64,000 nt of DNA, taken from contig JAZAHK010000006.1 of the NCBI GenBank assembly GCA_036231405.1, positions 126,812-190,811 of the forward strand, given 5' to 3'. Origin of the DNA: Nitrospinota bacterium (GTDB taxonomy: Bacteria > UBA8248). Under the pieces are notes generated by a model that had not been told where the DNA came from, searched no databases, and saw only the letters and a program-made list of their open reading frames with translations. This document shows, one piece after another, positions 31,147-41,669 of this stretch (its first letter is position 1; the number at the start of each line of letters is the position of its first letter). The position numbers and the translations under genes are program-made.

Positions 31147-31830
31147 CTAAAAATGTCTTTGAACTAGATTTAAAAAATCAGAAATAAAATTTTCCATCTC
31201 ATTGGTAATAACTTTAATACGATTTTGGTAGTGATTATAAGCAATTACAGCTGGAATCGCAGCAGCTAAGCCCAATGCAGTTGCAACAAGTGCTTCGCTA
31301 ATTCCTGGAGCTACAACAGCCAATCCAGCTGAACCCTGAAGCCCAATATCTCGAAAAGCATTCATAATTCCCCATACCGTACCAAAAAGACCTATAAATG
31401 GAGTTGCACTCGCTGTGGTGGCAAGAAAGGTAAGTAGTCTCTCAAGATTTCCAATTTGTTGATTTGCTGAGCGGTGAAGCGCGCGTTCTACACTTTCGAT
31501 ACCACTTAATTCAAAAGATCCACCACTGGATAGACCATTTTCCGTATCCTCTTTGCTAGAATCCATTAATTGTTTGGTTTGACGAAATCCAGCTAGAAAA
31601 ACCTCTCCAACCGGACTATCAGAAAAATCCTTAAAGGATTCATAAAGTTGATTTAAAGATTGAGACTTCCAAAAATAATCTAAGAATTCATAGGAAAGCG
31701 ATTTCGCTCTCCTCAACTCAAAATATTTCCAAATTATGATTGACCAAGAAGTAAGCGAAAAAAATAAAAGAATAAGCAAAACAAAAAAAACGACACCACC
31801 AGAACCAATCGCATGGCTTAAAAAATCCAT
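31147..31830 (-). CDS. tolQ: Tol-Pal system protein TolQ (MotA/TolQ/ExbB proton channel)
   Basis: Three-TM ExbB-like protein. The ATG at 31830 (MDFLSH) is preceded by GGTGATGGA; the ORF track start at 31929 adds 33 residues with no homology. Confidence 0.8.
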   Translation of the reverse strand: MDFLSHAIGSGGVVFFVLLILLFFSLTSWSIIIWKYFELRRAKSLSYEFLDYFWKSQSLNQLYESFKDFSDSPVGEVFLAGFRQTKQLMDSSKEDTENGLSSGGSFELSGIESVERALHRSANQQIGNLERLLTFLATTASATPFIGLFGTVWGIMNAFRDIGLQGSAGLAVVAPGISEALVATALGLAAAIPAVIAYNHYQNRIKVITNEMENFISDFLNLVQRHF

Positions 31831-32043
31831 TCCATCACCACTAGAACCCGTAACCGATTTATTTATTACTGTAGATGCATAAAGAAAGTTCATTAGATTT
31901 AAAAACATCCTTAAAGGCAGAGGAACCAAGTATTACCCAATTTTTAGACTACAGTCAATACAAACGATTTAATGATAAATAATTGACAGAAAAGATACTC
32001 GACATGGATAATGGTATCTGCATTTTGGAGGATTTCAAAAATT

Positions 32044-33210
32044 ATGACTGCACAAATAAAACAAGAAGTAATTGATTACATTGATTCAATAAGCAAAGAA
32101 ATTTGGGACTTGTCGATAGAATTACATAAAAACCCTGAACTGAGCTTAAAAGAGCATAATTCTAGTGAAATATTATGCAATTACCTTTTGAAACATGGGT
32201 TCAAAGTACAAAGAGGATTAGCTAACTTGCCTACCGCATTTTTAGCAGAAAATAAAAGCATAAAGAAACGTAAAATTGGATTTGTCTCTGAATATGATGC
32301 ACTACCAGAATTAGGTCATGCCTGCGGTCATAATATTATTGCTATGGCAAGTATTGCTGCCGGAGTCTCAATCAATAAAATTTTTGGCGGTAAATTTTGT
32401 CAGATAAAAATCTTTGGGACACCAGGAGAAGAAAGCGGAGGTGGAAAAGTATTAATTGCTAAAGGTGGTCACTTTGACGGAATAGACGCGATTATGATGA
32501 TACATCCTTCCAATGAGACAAGAGTAAACGTAAACTTCCTTGCATTAGCAGAAATCGAGATAGAATTTACAGGCAAAAGTGCACATGCATCTGCATCTCC
32601 AGAGGATGGATTAAACGCCCTAGATTCTATAATTGCAACATTTAATTCAATTAGTGCACTTAGACAACATTTACCTAAAGGGGATAAAATTCATGGTATT
32701 ATCACAAGTGGCGGGAGTGCCCCCAATATTATTCCAGAAAAAGCCTCTGCAAAATTTTATTTAAGAAGTTTAACAAATCAGGGTCTTAAGAATGTTACCA
32801 AACGTTTTATAGACTGTGTAAATGGCGCGGCCATAGCAACTGGGACAAAATCAAAAATATATAAAAATCCTATCAGTTATTTTCCCCTGAAACAAAACAA
32901 GACACTCTGTTCCGTTTTTCGTGCAAACCTTTCTCAACTCGGTTTGAACGAATCTATTGACTTGCCTCCAATAAAAATGGGGTCTTCTGATATAGGAAAC
33001 GTTAGCCAAGTCGTTCCTACAATACACCCACAAATTCAAATGGTAGACGAGGAAATCAATGCCCATACAAAAGAATTTGCTTCTGCTGCAAAAAGCAATT
33101 CAGGTAAAAAAGTATTGTTTTTAGGGGCAAAAGCGATGGCCATGACGGCTTTAGATATTTCAATTGACTCTTCTCTCCTCAGAAAAATTAAATCAGAATT
33201 TAAATCATGA
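32044..33210 (+). CDS. M20D-family amidohydrolase (aminoacylase/hippurate hydrolase-like)
   Basis: Contains GHACGHNII. The ATG at 32044 is preceded by GGAGGA. Confidence 0.8.
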   Translation: MTAQIKQEVIDYIDSISKEIWDLSIELHKNPELSLKEHNSSEILCNYLLKHGFKVQRGLANLPTAFLAENKSIKKRKIGFVSEYDALPELGHACGHNIIAMASIAAGVSINKIFGGKFCQIKIFGTPGEESGGGKVLIAKGGHFDGIDAIMMIHPSNETRVNVNFLALAEIEIEFTGKSAHASASPEDGLNALDSIIATFNSISALRQHLPKGDKIHGIITSGGSAPNIIPEKASAKFYLRSLTNQGLKNVTKRFIDCVNGAAIATGTKSKIYKNPISYFPLKQNKTLCSVFRANLSQLGLNESIDLPPIKMGSSDIGNVSQVVPTIHPQIQMVDEEINAHTKEFASAAKSNSGKKVLFLGAKAMAMTALDISIDSSLLRKIKSEFKS

Positions 33211-33217
33211 GGAAAAA

Positions 33218-35386
33218 ATGTACTTGATTTCTATGAATTTTAATAAATTCTTTTTACTTTTACTCTTATGTGCTTTTGCTTTTACACACAATGCAAATGC
33301 AAATCTAAGAGAAACCAGTGATTCTACACCCGAGTTTCTGTCAAATAAGATACTTCTTAATTTAAAAAATAAAAAATATAAGAAAGTAGTGCAAATACTT
33401 AAAGAAAAAAATGATTTAAGCGAACGAGAAAATTTTCTAATAGGATTTGCATTATTTAAAACAAATAATTGCAAAGATGCTGTTCAATATCTAAAACAAG
33501 TAGGAAAAAAGGAAAATTTACTAAAACCCTATGGAATGTTTTTTTTAGGAAAGTGTTACCAAGTGATAAAAAACAATCCTTCCGCAATAAGGATTTATAA
33601 AGAAATTATCAATAAGTACCCTCATTTTATCTTTGCCAAAAAAATTCAAACTGACTTAATTTTACTTTTTATTAAAGAGAAACAGTATGGTCTTGCTATT
33701 AGAATCATTGACAATTTTGATAAAAATAGAATTTCCAGCAAACTACTCTCTGACAAAGCAAATTCCCACGAAAAAAGAGGTGAAATTAAAAAAACAATAG
33801 AAACATGGCGTAAAATATGGCTTTTCTTTCCTCATAAAATTGAAGCTAAAAAAGCTTACAAAATATTAAGAGAGAAAAAATCTTTTAGAATAAATCCTTT
33901 TACAGAACAACAACTTTTTCAACGAGCAAAAACTTTACGACGCAAGTATTTTTTTAAAGAATCACTTCACCAATTAGATGAAATAGTCAAAAAATTTCCA
34001 AAAACAAAATTACTGAAAAAAATTGAATTTTATAGAGCTTTTAATCTTTTTTCTCTTAGGAAAACAAAAGATGCGAGGCTATCTTTTCAAAAAATTATAA
34101 ATTCAGGAAAAATCTCTGCTTTTAAAAAATCAAAAATTCGTTTTTATCTATCGAGGAATTATTTAAGAGAAAGAAACAGAAAAGCTTTTGAAAATGAAGC
34201 TGCTCTTATATTGAAAGAAACACCAAAAAGTTCATGGGCTAAAACAACTCTATATTTACTTGCTAGAGTGCATCAAGATGAATTTCAAGATAAAAAAGCA
34301 AAATCTTTTTATAAAAAATTATTATTAGAATTTCCAGATCCAAAATTTATTGAAAAGTCAAAACGACAACTGGCCTGGATAAATTTTCGTGCAGAAAAAT
34401 ATTTAAAAGCATTGAAGGGATTTAAAGAAGTAATTGCAATATCTAATAGAAGGGAATTAGTTTCTTCTTCATTTTTTTGGGCTGGTATCTCATCTGAAAA
34501 AACTAATAACTTCGAATTAGCGATTCAATTTTTTCAAAGATGTATAAATAGATATAGAAGAAACTACTATGGACATCTTTGTTTAGATCGTCTTTTGAAA
34601 TTGCAAAAAAAAGTAGGTTTGAAAACACTAATTGTAGACCCTCTTAAAAAGAGCAATTTAAATCGTTGGTTTGAACGACCAGAAAAGTCAATTAAAAATA
34701 AATCATTCTATATAGCAAGAACTTTCTCATCTATTGGTCTTCATAAATTTGCTGCGGAAGAGTATAAAAGAAGCGGAAAACATCGATACTTTAAATTTCA
34801 AGCCGCAAGATCTTACTATTTATCAGATGAAAAAAATAAAGCATTAAGAATCATTTTCCGTTCTTTCAATAAAATACTTTATTCTGGCGGAACAAATATT
34901 CCAAATGAATTTTGGAATATTGCGTATCCGATTGAAAAATTAAAAAATAAACCAAAAAACACTGATGTCTACTTATTGCACTCAATTATTAAGGCTGAAA
35001 GTCTTTTCGATCAATATGCAATATCTCCCGCCGGCGCAATTGGAATGATGCAACTTATGCCTAAAACTGCACGAAGAGTATCGAAAAAATACGGAATAAA
35101 ATTTAAATCAAAATTTGATTTATTTGATTCAACTATCAATAAACAAATAGGCGCACATCATATGCAAGATTTGTTAAAAACATTCAAAGGAGAAATTGTT
35201 CCTGTTATAGCTAGCTATAATGCTGGGAGATCAGTGGTTTTAAGATGGTGGAAAAATAGAAAAAATGAATCCATCGAGGTTTTTATAGAACAAATACCTT
35301 ATATAGAAACTCGAAAGTATGTAAAAAAAGTTTTAGGTTATTATAGAGAATATAAAAATATTTATTCAAAAAAGGCAAATCAATAA
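33218..35386 (+). CDS. Soluble lytic murein transglycosylase (Slt-like; superhelical N-domain plus C-terminal SLT domain)
   Basis: A signal peptide begins at ATG 33218. The C-terminal motif is AESLFDQYAISPAGAIGMMQLMP. Confidence 0.8.
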   Translation: MYLISMNFNKFFLLLLLCAFAFTHNANANLRETSDSTPEFLSNKILLNLKNKKYKKVVQILKEKNDLSERENFLIGFALFKTNNCKDAVQYLKQVGKKENLLKPYGMFFLGKCYQVIKNNPSAIRIYKEIINKYPHFIFAKKIQTDLILLFIKEKQYGLAIRIIDNFDKNRISSKLLSDKANSHEKRGEIKKTIETWRKIWLFFPHKIEAKKAYKILREKKSFRINPFTEQQLFQRAKTLRRKYFFKESLHQLDEIVKKFPKTKLLKKIEFYRAFNLFSLRKTKDARLSFQKIINSGKISAFKKSKIRFYLSRNYLRERNRKAFENEAALILKETPKSSWAKTTLYLLARVHQDEFQDKKAKSFYKKLLLEFPDPKFIEKSKRQLAWINFRAEKYLKALKGFKEVIAISNRRELVSSSFFWAGISSEKTNNFELAIQFFQRCINRYRRNYYGHLCLDRLLKLQKKVGLKTLIVDPLKKSNLNRWFERPEKSIKNKSFYIARTFSSIGLHKFAAEEYKRSGKHRYFKFQAARSYYLSDEKNKALRIIFRSFNKILYSGGTNIPNEFWNIAYPIEKLKNKPKNTDVYLLHSIIKAESLFDQYAISPAGAIGMMQLMPKTARRVSKKYGIKFKSKFDLFDSTINKQIGAHHMQDLLKTFKGEIVPVIASYNAGRSVVLRWWKNRKNESIEVFIEQIPYIETRKYVKKVLGYYREYKNIYSKKANQ

Positions 35387-35389
35387 ATC

Positions 35390-36592
35390 ATGCTAAGGCC
35401 AAAAAGAACAATTAACGCAATAGGATTAATGTCTGGGACATCTACAGACGGGGTTGATGTAGTATGTATTGAAATAAACTCTAAAAAAGAAACAAAACTA
35501 GTTGCTTTTGAATCTTATCCATATCCTAAAGAACTAAGAATTAGATTATTAGCCATTGCAAACAATAACGAAACAACAGCCGCAGAAATTAGCTCTCTTC
35601 ATGTTGAACTTGGCGAATCTTTTGCGAATGCAGTTCTAAGTTTAACCTCCAAACATAATATAGAAAAACTTGATTTAGATTTTATTGGGAGCCACGGCCA
35701 GACAATTAGCCATGTTCCTAAAGGAGGAACTGGGAACTATGGAATTATTTATCCTTCTACATTTCAGATAGGAGATCCTTCTGTAATTTCTGAACTAACG
35801 GGAATAACAGTGATTTCGGACATGCGGTCAAGAGATGTTGCAGCAGGGGGAAGTGGAGCTCCTTTAACCCCATGGGCACACGAAAAACTTTTTAAAAACA
35901 AAAATCACCCTTCAGCTTTTTTAAATTTAGGAGGAATTGCAAATATTACCTACATTCCACAAACTGATGAGGCAGATCTTTTTGGATTTGATTGTGGACC
36001 TGCAAACATGGTAATTGACAGGTTAATTTCTCTATTTACCAGAGATAAAAAAAAATTTGATCATGAAGGGAAAATAGCAGGCAAAGGGAAAATTAACAAA
36101 AAAGAATTAGACCGGTTGTTGAAAAACCCTTATCTTTCTTTACCACTTCCAAAAAGTACAGGTAGTGAGGATTTTGGAAAGGAATTTACTGAGAAATTAA
36201 TGACTCATTTTCAATCAAAAAAAATGAATATAAATGACATCTTAGCAACTTCTACTGCTTTTACAGCGGAAACAATTTATCAATCAATAGTTAAGTACTT
36301 TCCCCAAGAAAAACCAATTAAGGAGTTAATTGTCGGAGGGGGAGGAGTAAAAAATAAAACACTAATGTCCTTTTTAGAATCAAGGTTAAAACCGATCTCT
36401 ATTATCTCTTCAGAAAAAAAGGGATTCCCTCATGATGCGGTTGAAGCTGTTTGTTTTGCGCTGTTAGGTTGGGGAACTCTATCAAATACTCCTTCAAATG
36501 TTCTGGCATCTACTGGAGCAAAATCAGAAGTAGTTCTCGGAAATATAACTCCTGGATTAAATTTTAAAAAACTTTATGACCTTAAATATTGA
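35390..36592 (+). CDS. anmK: Anhydro-N-acetylmuramic acid kinase
   Basis: N-terminus GLMSGTSTDGVDVV; the ORF is 400 aa. Confidence 0.9.
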   Translation: MLRPKRTINAIGLMSGTSTDGVDVVCIEINSKKETKLVAFESYPYPKELRIRLLAIANNNETTAAEISSLHVELGESFANAVLSLTSKHNIEKLDLDFIGSHGQTISHVPKGGTGNYGIIYPSTFQIGDPSVISELTGITVISDMRSRDVAAGGSGAPLTPWAHEKLFKNKNHPSAFLNLGGIANITYIPQTDEADLFGFDCGPANMVIDRLISLFTRDKKKFDHEGKIAGKGKINKKELDRLLKNPYLSLPLPKSTGSEDFGKEFTEKLMTHFQSKKMNINDILATSTAFTAETIYQSIVKYFPQEKPIKELIVGGGGVKNKTLMSFLESRLKPISIISSEKKGFPHDAVEAVCFALLGWGTLSNTPSNVLASTGAKSEVVLGNITPGLNFKKLYDLKY

Positions 36593-37796
36593 AAATTTTT
36601 TTATTGAGGAAAAAATTTTGGGGAAAAAAATAGATCAGCTCACAAAAGAAACTATCGAACTAACAAGAGCTCTGGTTCAAATTCCAAGTGAAAATCCAAA
36701 TGGAAACGAATCCAAGGTTGTAGGATTTCTAGAGTCATTTTTCAAAAAAAATAATATACCTGTAGAAAAAAGCATTGTAACAAAAAAACGGGAAAACCTG
36801 ATTGTAGAAATAGGTGAAAGAAAAAATAAATCGCTCGCTTTTGTTAACCATATGGATACAGTACCTGCAGGCGATGGATGGAAAATGAATCCTTTTTCAG
36901 GAAAAGTTTCAAAAGGAAAATTATGGGGTAGAGGTTCGTGTGATATGAAAGGTGGAATTGCTTCCTCTCTTATAGCATTGAAAGAAATCAAAAGAAAAAT
37001 CGATGCAGGTAAAAAATTCGAAAATTTTCTTAAATATTTTCTCGTAGTCGATGAAGAAAGCGCTTGGATGGAAGGTGTCTCTCACGAAATTGATAAAGGG
37101 AAAATCACAAAAAAAGATATAGTCATTTCTTGTGAACCTACATCTCTAGATCTGGTTATCGCTCAAAAAGGAGCAATGTGGTACGAAATCGAAATAAAAG
37201 GAAAAAACGCGCATGCAGCATCTCCACACATGGGAATAAATGCAATTCACGCATCTTGTGTCGCAATTGAGAATCTTAACAAACAATTTGAAAAAAAAGA
37301 TTTTTCAAATCCCTTGCTAGGGAAAACAACTTTTGTGCCGAGTATCATCCAAGGAGGAAGAAAAACAAATATGGTAGCGGATCAGTGTAAATTTCAAATT
37401 GATGTTCGTTTTATTCCACCTCTTACAATTAAAAAAGTTGGAGATCTAATAAAAGATACAATTCATAAATCTTGTCGAATGTTCCCTGGAACAAAAGGGA
37501 GCGTTCAAACAATTTGCATAGACCGACCTCCTATTATTTCAAATGAAAAAAGTTATGGAGGTGAACTTATTAGGAGAGTTCTTAGAGAAAATTTTGGATC
37601 AAAATCCAAAAAATTTGGTGTAAGCTATTACTCAGATGCAGGAGTAGTCGCCTCAAGGACGAAAAATAAACAATGTTTTCTTTTAGGTCCTGGCAATATA
37701 GAACAAGCTCATAGTCCTAACGAATTTGTGAATATAAAAGAACTTTCAAAAGCTACCAAAATATATCTAGATATAATTCAAAAACATCTTTTATAA
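36576..37796 (+). CDS. M20 family peptidase (ArgE/DapE-like deacylase)
   Basis: Contains the metal-ligand motifs FVNHMDTVP and CDMKGG; the ORF is 406 aa. Confidence 0.75.
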   Translation: MTLNIENFFIEEKILGKKIDQLTKETIELTRALVQIPSENPNGNESKVVGFLESFFKKNNIPVEKSIVTKKRENLIVEIGERKNKSLAFVNHMDTVPAGDGWKMNPFSGKVSKGKLWGRGSCDMKGGIASSLIALKEIKRKIDAGKKFENFLKYFLVVDEESAWMEGVSHEIDKGKITKKDIVISCEPTSLDLVIAQKGAMWYEIEIKGKNAHAASPHMGINAIHASCVAIENLNKQFEKKDFSNPLLGKTTFVPSIIQGGRKTNMVADQCKFQIDVRFIPPLTIKKVGDLIKDTIHKSCRMFPGTKGSVQTICIDRPPIISNEKSYGGELIRRVLRENFGSKSKKFGVSYYSDAGVVASRTKNKQCFLLGPGNIEQAHSPNEFVNIKELSKATKIYLDIIQKHLL

Positions 37797-37803
37797 ATAG
37801 CTT

Positions 37804-39993
37804 CTAAACCACTTTTTCTTTTTTCTCATTTGATTTAGCTATATTTAGAATTTCCTGAATTTCATTCACTCTAACAACTTCTCCTAACTTTTCGTATATG
37901 TCTCTTGCCTCGCTGAGTTTTTCACAGGACATCGCCCATTCATTTTTTTCAAAAAGAACACGTCCTAAATTTGTCAAATTGAGAGCTATTCCAGGTAAAT
38001 TATCACTCTCACAATTTAACTCTAAAGCCCTTTCACTAAAAATTTGTGCTTCCTCAAGACTGTCTTGAAAGTAGTGAATATTCGCAATACTCGCAAGATT
38101 ACTAGCCTCTCCTTTTGAATTATAAATCTCTTTATAAATTTCAACTGCCTTTTTATGGTACAAGAGTGCTTTTGAAAATTGATCCTTCGCTGTAAACGCT
38201 AATCCCATATGACCTTGGATAAGTGCTTCTTGTTCCCTGTTCCCTATTAATTGACTAATTCGTAAGGCCTCTTCTAAACTTTTCAAAGACGCTTCTATTG
38301 AACCAGATTTCGTTTGAGTAGAAGCTACAGCTACAAGGGATTGTATGCGAGTTAATTCTTTCCCCTTCCCTTGAGAAAGTTGGATCGCTTCCATCAAATG
38401 ACGACGTGCTTCGTCTTTCTTTCCAATGTTATTAAAAATTTTACCAACTCTTAAATGAAGATTTGGTAATAAAGAAGTATCTATGTTTAAATCCGCTTCT
38501 TCTAAGACATCAAGATAAGATTTTAAGGCTTTTGTAAGTTCTCCTTTTTGAAGATAAAAATACCCAAGATTTGATAAAACTGTAGCTTTTAGGATTCTAT
38601 CATCGCCACATTCTCGGGTTGCTTCTAAGCTATAAGTAATTGAAGATTCAAGATTATTCTTTGCAAAACTCGCAACCGCTAAAGCATTTAGAACAAAACC
38701 TAGTTGTTCAGTCTGGAGCAGTGTCTCTTTGAGAATAGATGTAGCCTTATTATATTTCTGTTGATACAAATAAGTTATTCCAACACGAAGAAGTACATCT
38801 GATGAAACACTCTCTCCTTCCGCTGTTAGTTTCATAATCTGTTCTTCTATTGTTCGTAAAAGAGAAACATCATATTCGGATAACTTCTTACTTGGTTTTT
38901 CTACAGATAAATATAGGTCACTACAAACTGTCTCTAAGGATCTATGCATTTCCTCCATATTGTGAAATTTGGTTCTGGAAATATTTAGATCTTTCTCTTT
39001 ATTATTAACACTAGCGTTCAAATCAGATGCAGAATTATCAAATTCAATTATTGGGTTATAATCATTTTCAACATCCAATGGGTTTTCCTCAGAAGAAATA
39101 ACATTTATTTTTTCGTCATTCTTCGCAATTTGAACAACATTGTTTGTCGAATCTCGATCTTCATTTTCAAGCACATCAAAAATTTCATCATGATTTGCAA
39201 GTTCATTTTTTCTCTGTTCTTGAATTTTTTTACTATCAGAAAGTTCATTTTCTTTAGATTTTTCGAAAATTTCCTCAGAAAAAGAAAATAAAACTTCATC
39301 TCTCTCTGAATTTTGAGGAGAATTTATTTTATTTTTCTCATTTGTCTCATCCAACTTGAAATTCTTTTGTTCAGACACTTCGTCTTTCGTTAAATTTTCT
39401 TTCAGAACTGAATCTTCAGTTTCGAGCGAGTTTTTATGTCGCTCTTCTTCTGGGAAAAAAGGAAGTTCAATTTGAGACAAATCTTCTGATGATTGCCCAG
39501 GTTCTACAGATATCTTTTCATAAATCTCAGTCTTTTCTTCATCCTTCAATCTTATAACGTTTGTCTTTTTTTCTTCCTTCTCAATTTTTTCATAATTGTT
39601 TTGAGTTTTTATAATCTTTTCTGGTTCTTTATTTTGAATTTGAGGAAGATATTTATTTTTTTTCAAAAAATTCAAGAAATAAAATTTAAAATATTTTCGA
39701 ATTCCAGATTCCGTTGAGATCTTTTGATTCTTTTTCTCGGATTTTTGTAATAGAGAGTCATAATTCGAAATTGTTTCTTTTTCTACCGACACAAATGTTG
39801 TCTTACTTCCGGAGATTATCTCAACAGAATCATTAGATGAAAGACTCTGGCTTAAATCTCTAAGTAAAAAATCTGGATCATCTTTTTTAAACTTTTTAGA
39901 CCCGCTGAAACGCATAAACAGGAAAATCAAAAATCCCATTAATGTAACTGTGATCAAGACTAAAAAGTCTGGAGACAACATCCAAGAAATCAA
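37804..39993 (-). CDS. Membrane-anchored tetratricopeptide-repeat protein with long acidic low-complexity linker
   Basis: An N-terminal TM helix, about 300 aa of Glu/Lys/Ser/Asn-rich sequence, then C-terminal TPR repeats. Confidence 0.65.
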   Translation of the reverse strand: MISWMLSPDFLVLITVTLMGFLIFLFMRFSGSKKFKKDDPDFLLRDLSQSLSSNDSVEIISGSKTTFVSVEKETISNYDSLLQKSEKKNQKISTESGIRKYFKFYFLNFLKKNKYLPQIQNKEPEKIIKTQNNYEKIEKEEKKTNVIRLKDEEKTEIYEKISVEPGQSSEDLSQIELPFFPEEERHKNSLETEDSVLKENLTKDEVSEQKNFKLDETNEKNKINSPQNSERDEVLFSFSEEIFEKSKENELSDSKKIQEQRKNELANHDEIFDVLENEDRDSTNNVVQIAKNDEKINVISSEENPLDVENDYNPIIEFDNSASDLNASVNNKEKDLNISRTKFHNMEEMHRSLETVCSDLYLSVEKPSKKLSEYDVSLLRTIEEQIMKLTAEGESVSSDVLLRVGITYLYQQKYNKATSILKETLLQTEQLGFVLNALAVASFAKNNLESSITYSLEATRECGDDRILKATVLSNLGYFYLQKGELTKALKSYLDVLEEADLNIDTSLLPNLHLRVGKIFNNIGKKDEARRHLMEAIQLSQGKGKELTRIQSLVAVASTQTKSGSIEASLKSLEEALRISQLIGNREQEALIQGHMGLAFTAKDQFSKALLYHKKAVEIYKEIYNSKGEASNLASIANIHYFQDSLEEAQIFSERALELNCESDNLPGIALNLTNLGRVLFEKNEWAMSCEKLSEARDIYEKLGEVVRVNEIQEILNIAKSNEKKEKVV

Positions 39994-40005
39994 ATCGTCC
40001 TCTCC

Positions 40006-41595
40006 TTAGGAAGGAAATTTTCTGAGAGCTATCCCAGGTGTAGTTCCAGTAAGTTCCCCATCTTCAACAACTACAATTCCGTTAACAAGAACCATATAAA
40101 TGCCTTCGGGATATACCATTGGATTTTCATATGTACTTTTATCTTGAATTTTTTTTGGATCAAATAAAACTAGATCAGCTTTCATTTCTGGAGCAACCCT
40201 TCCTCTATTGCCTATTCCTAACCGACTACAGGGCAACGATGTCATTTTCCTTATTGCCTCAGGCATACTCATTAGCTTTTCTTTAACCACCAATGAACCT
40301 AACACTTGGGGAAATGTTCCAAAATTTCTCGGATGTGGCTTTCCTACACCAAGAGGAGGTTTGTGAGTTAGAGCACCTGCGTCCGAACCAACCATAGTGT
40401 AGTCTTTCTTCATGATTCTACGCATGTTATTTTCATTCATCATAAAAATAATTATCTCTACGTTCAACTTTTCTTCTATCAATAAGTCTAATGTAATCTC
40501 AGAAGAAATTTTGGATTTTTCTTTTGCAAGTTGAAGCAACGTTTTTCCTTCTGCATTTTTATTTTTCTTTGTCAAAACACGACTGATCAAAATACTATCC
40601 CAATCCTTATCAGTATTCCTTTTTTGAGATAGTTCAGAGATTAAAAAATTTCTCGTTTCTTTTTTCTGTAAGCGTTCTATTTTTTGATTTAATGAACCTT
40701 CGTGCGCCCAATCTGGCAAAAGAGCACTTAAATGTGTATTCGAAGCAATGTATGGATAACGGTCACATGTAACATCTTGTCCTGCGTTTCGGTGCTCTTC
40801 AATTAAATCAAAAGCTGCATCTAACTTGTTCCAATTTTTCTCCCCAGCTGTCTTTAAATGACTAATTTGAATTGGGAGTTGAGCCTGCTTTGAAATGTTA
40901 AGTACTTCCTGAATACTATCAATGAGCAAATCCCCTTCACTCCTCATGTGTGTGGCAAAAAACCCTCCTCTCTTTGCAACAATTTCGCAAAGTGCTACCA
41001 ATTCACTAGGCTCTGCAAAATTGGCAGGTGAATAAACTAAACCTGTAGATAACCCGAAAGCTCCATGTCGCATTCCTTCATCAACTAGTTTACCCATTTC
41101 AAGTAACTGCTTTTGATTACAAGGTAATGCACTACCACCCATCACGCTAGCCCTAATAGTATTATGTCCAATTAGTGGGGCATAATTGACTGCTATACCT
41201 TGATCTTCGATTATTTGTAAATATTCATCGAGGGATTGAAAAGATAATTGAAGATCAAACTGTTCATTGTATAGACTCCTACGCATCTCAAATTCAGTTC
41301 CGCCTATGGGAGCAGCAGAGTAACCACAATTACCACCCACTTCAGTTGTTATGCCTTGCTTAACTTTCGCCTCAGCAGATGGATTTATTAACAAGTAATA
41401 ATCTGAATGGCTATGAATATCTATAAAACCGGGACAAACTGCCAAACCAGTAGCATCGATTTGCTTTGAAAATTTTCCAGAAATTGACGGTTCAATATTA
41501 GAAATGTAACTACCATTAATTGCTATATCGCTCACATAGGGATCTGTTCCGAGCCCATCATAAATATCAGCATTTCTAAAAATTAAATCGTACAT
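40006..41595 (-). CDS. N-acyl-D-amino-acid deacylase (D-aminoacylase, amidohydrolase 3 family)
   Basis: The N-terminus carries a PGFIDIHSHSD metal site; the ORF is 529 aa. Confidence 0.8.
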   Translation of the reverse strand: MYDLIFRNADIYDGLGTDPYVSDIAINGSYISNIEPSISGKFSKQIDATGLAVCPGFIDIHSHSDYYLLINPSAEAKVKQGITTEVGGNCGYSAAPIGGTEFEMRRSLYNEQFDLQLSFQSLDEYLQIIEDQGIAVNYAPLIGHNTIRASVMGGSALPCNQKQLLEMGKLVDEGMRHGAFGLSTGLVYSPANFAEPSELVALCEIVAKRGGFFATHMRSEGDLLIDSIQEVLNISKQAQLPIQISHLKTAGEKNWNKLDAAFDLIEEHRNAGQDVTCDRYPYIASNTHLSALLPDWAHEGSLNQKIERLQKKETRNFLISELSQKRNTDKDWDSILISRVLTKKNKNAEGKTLLQLAKEKSKISSEITLDLLIEEKLNVEIIIFMMNENNMRRIMKKDYTMVGSDAGALTHKPPLGVGKPHPRNFGTFPQVLGSLVVKEKLMSMPEAIRKMTSLPCSRLGIGNRGRVAPEMKADLVLFDPKKIQDKSTYENPMVYPEGIYMVLVNGIVVVEDGELTGTTPGIALRKFPS

Positions 41596-41669
41596 AGGGA
41601 GAAACCTGAAAATTACTGGGCGAGATGAACAATCATGTCATAAAAAAATAAAAAAAACTATGCTAAAAT

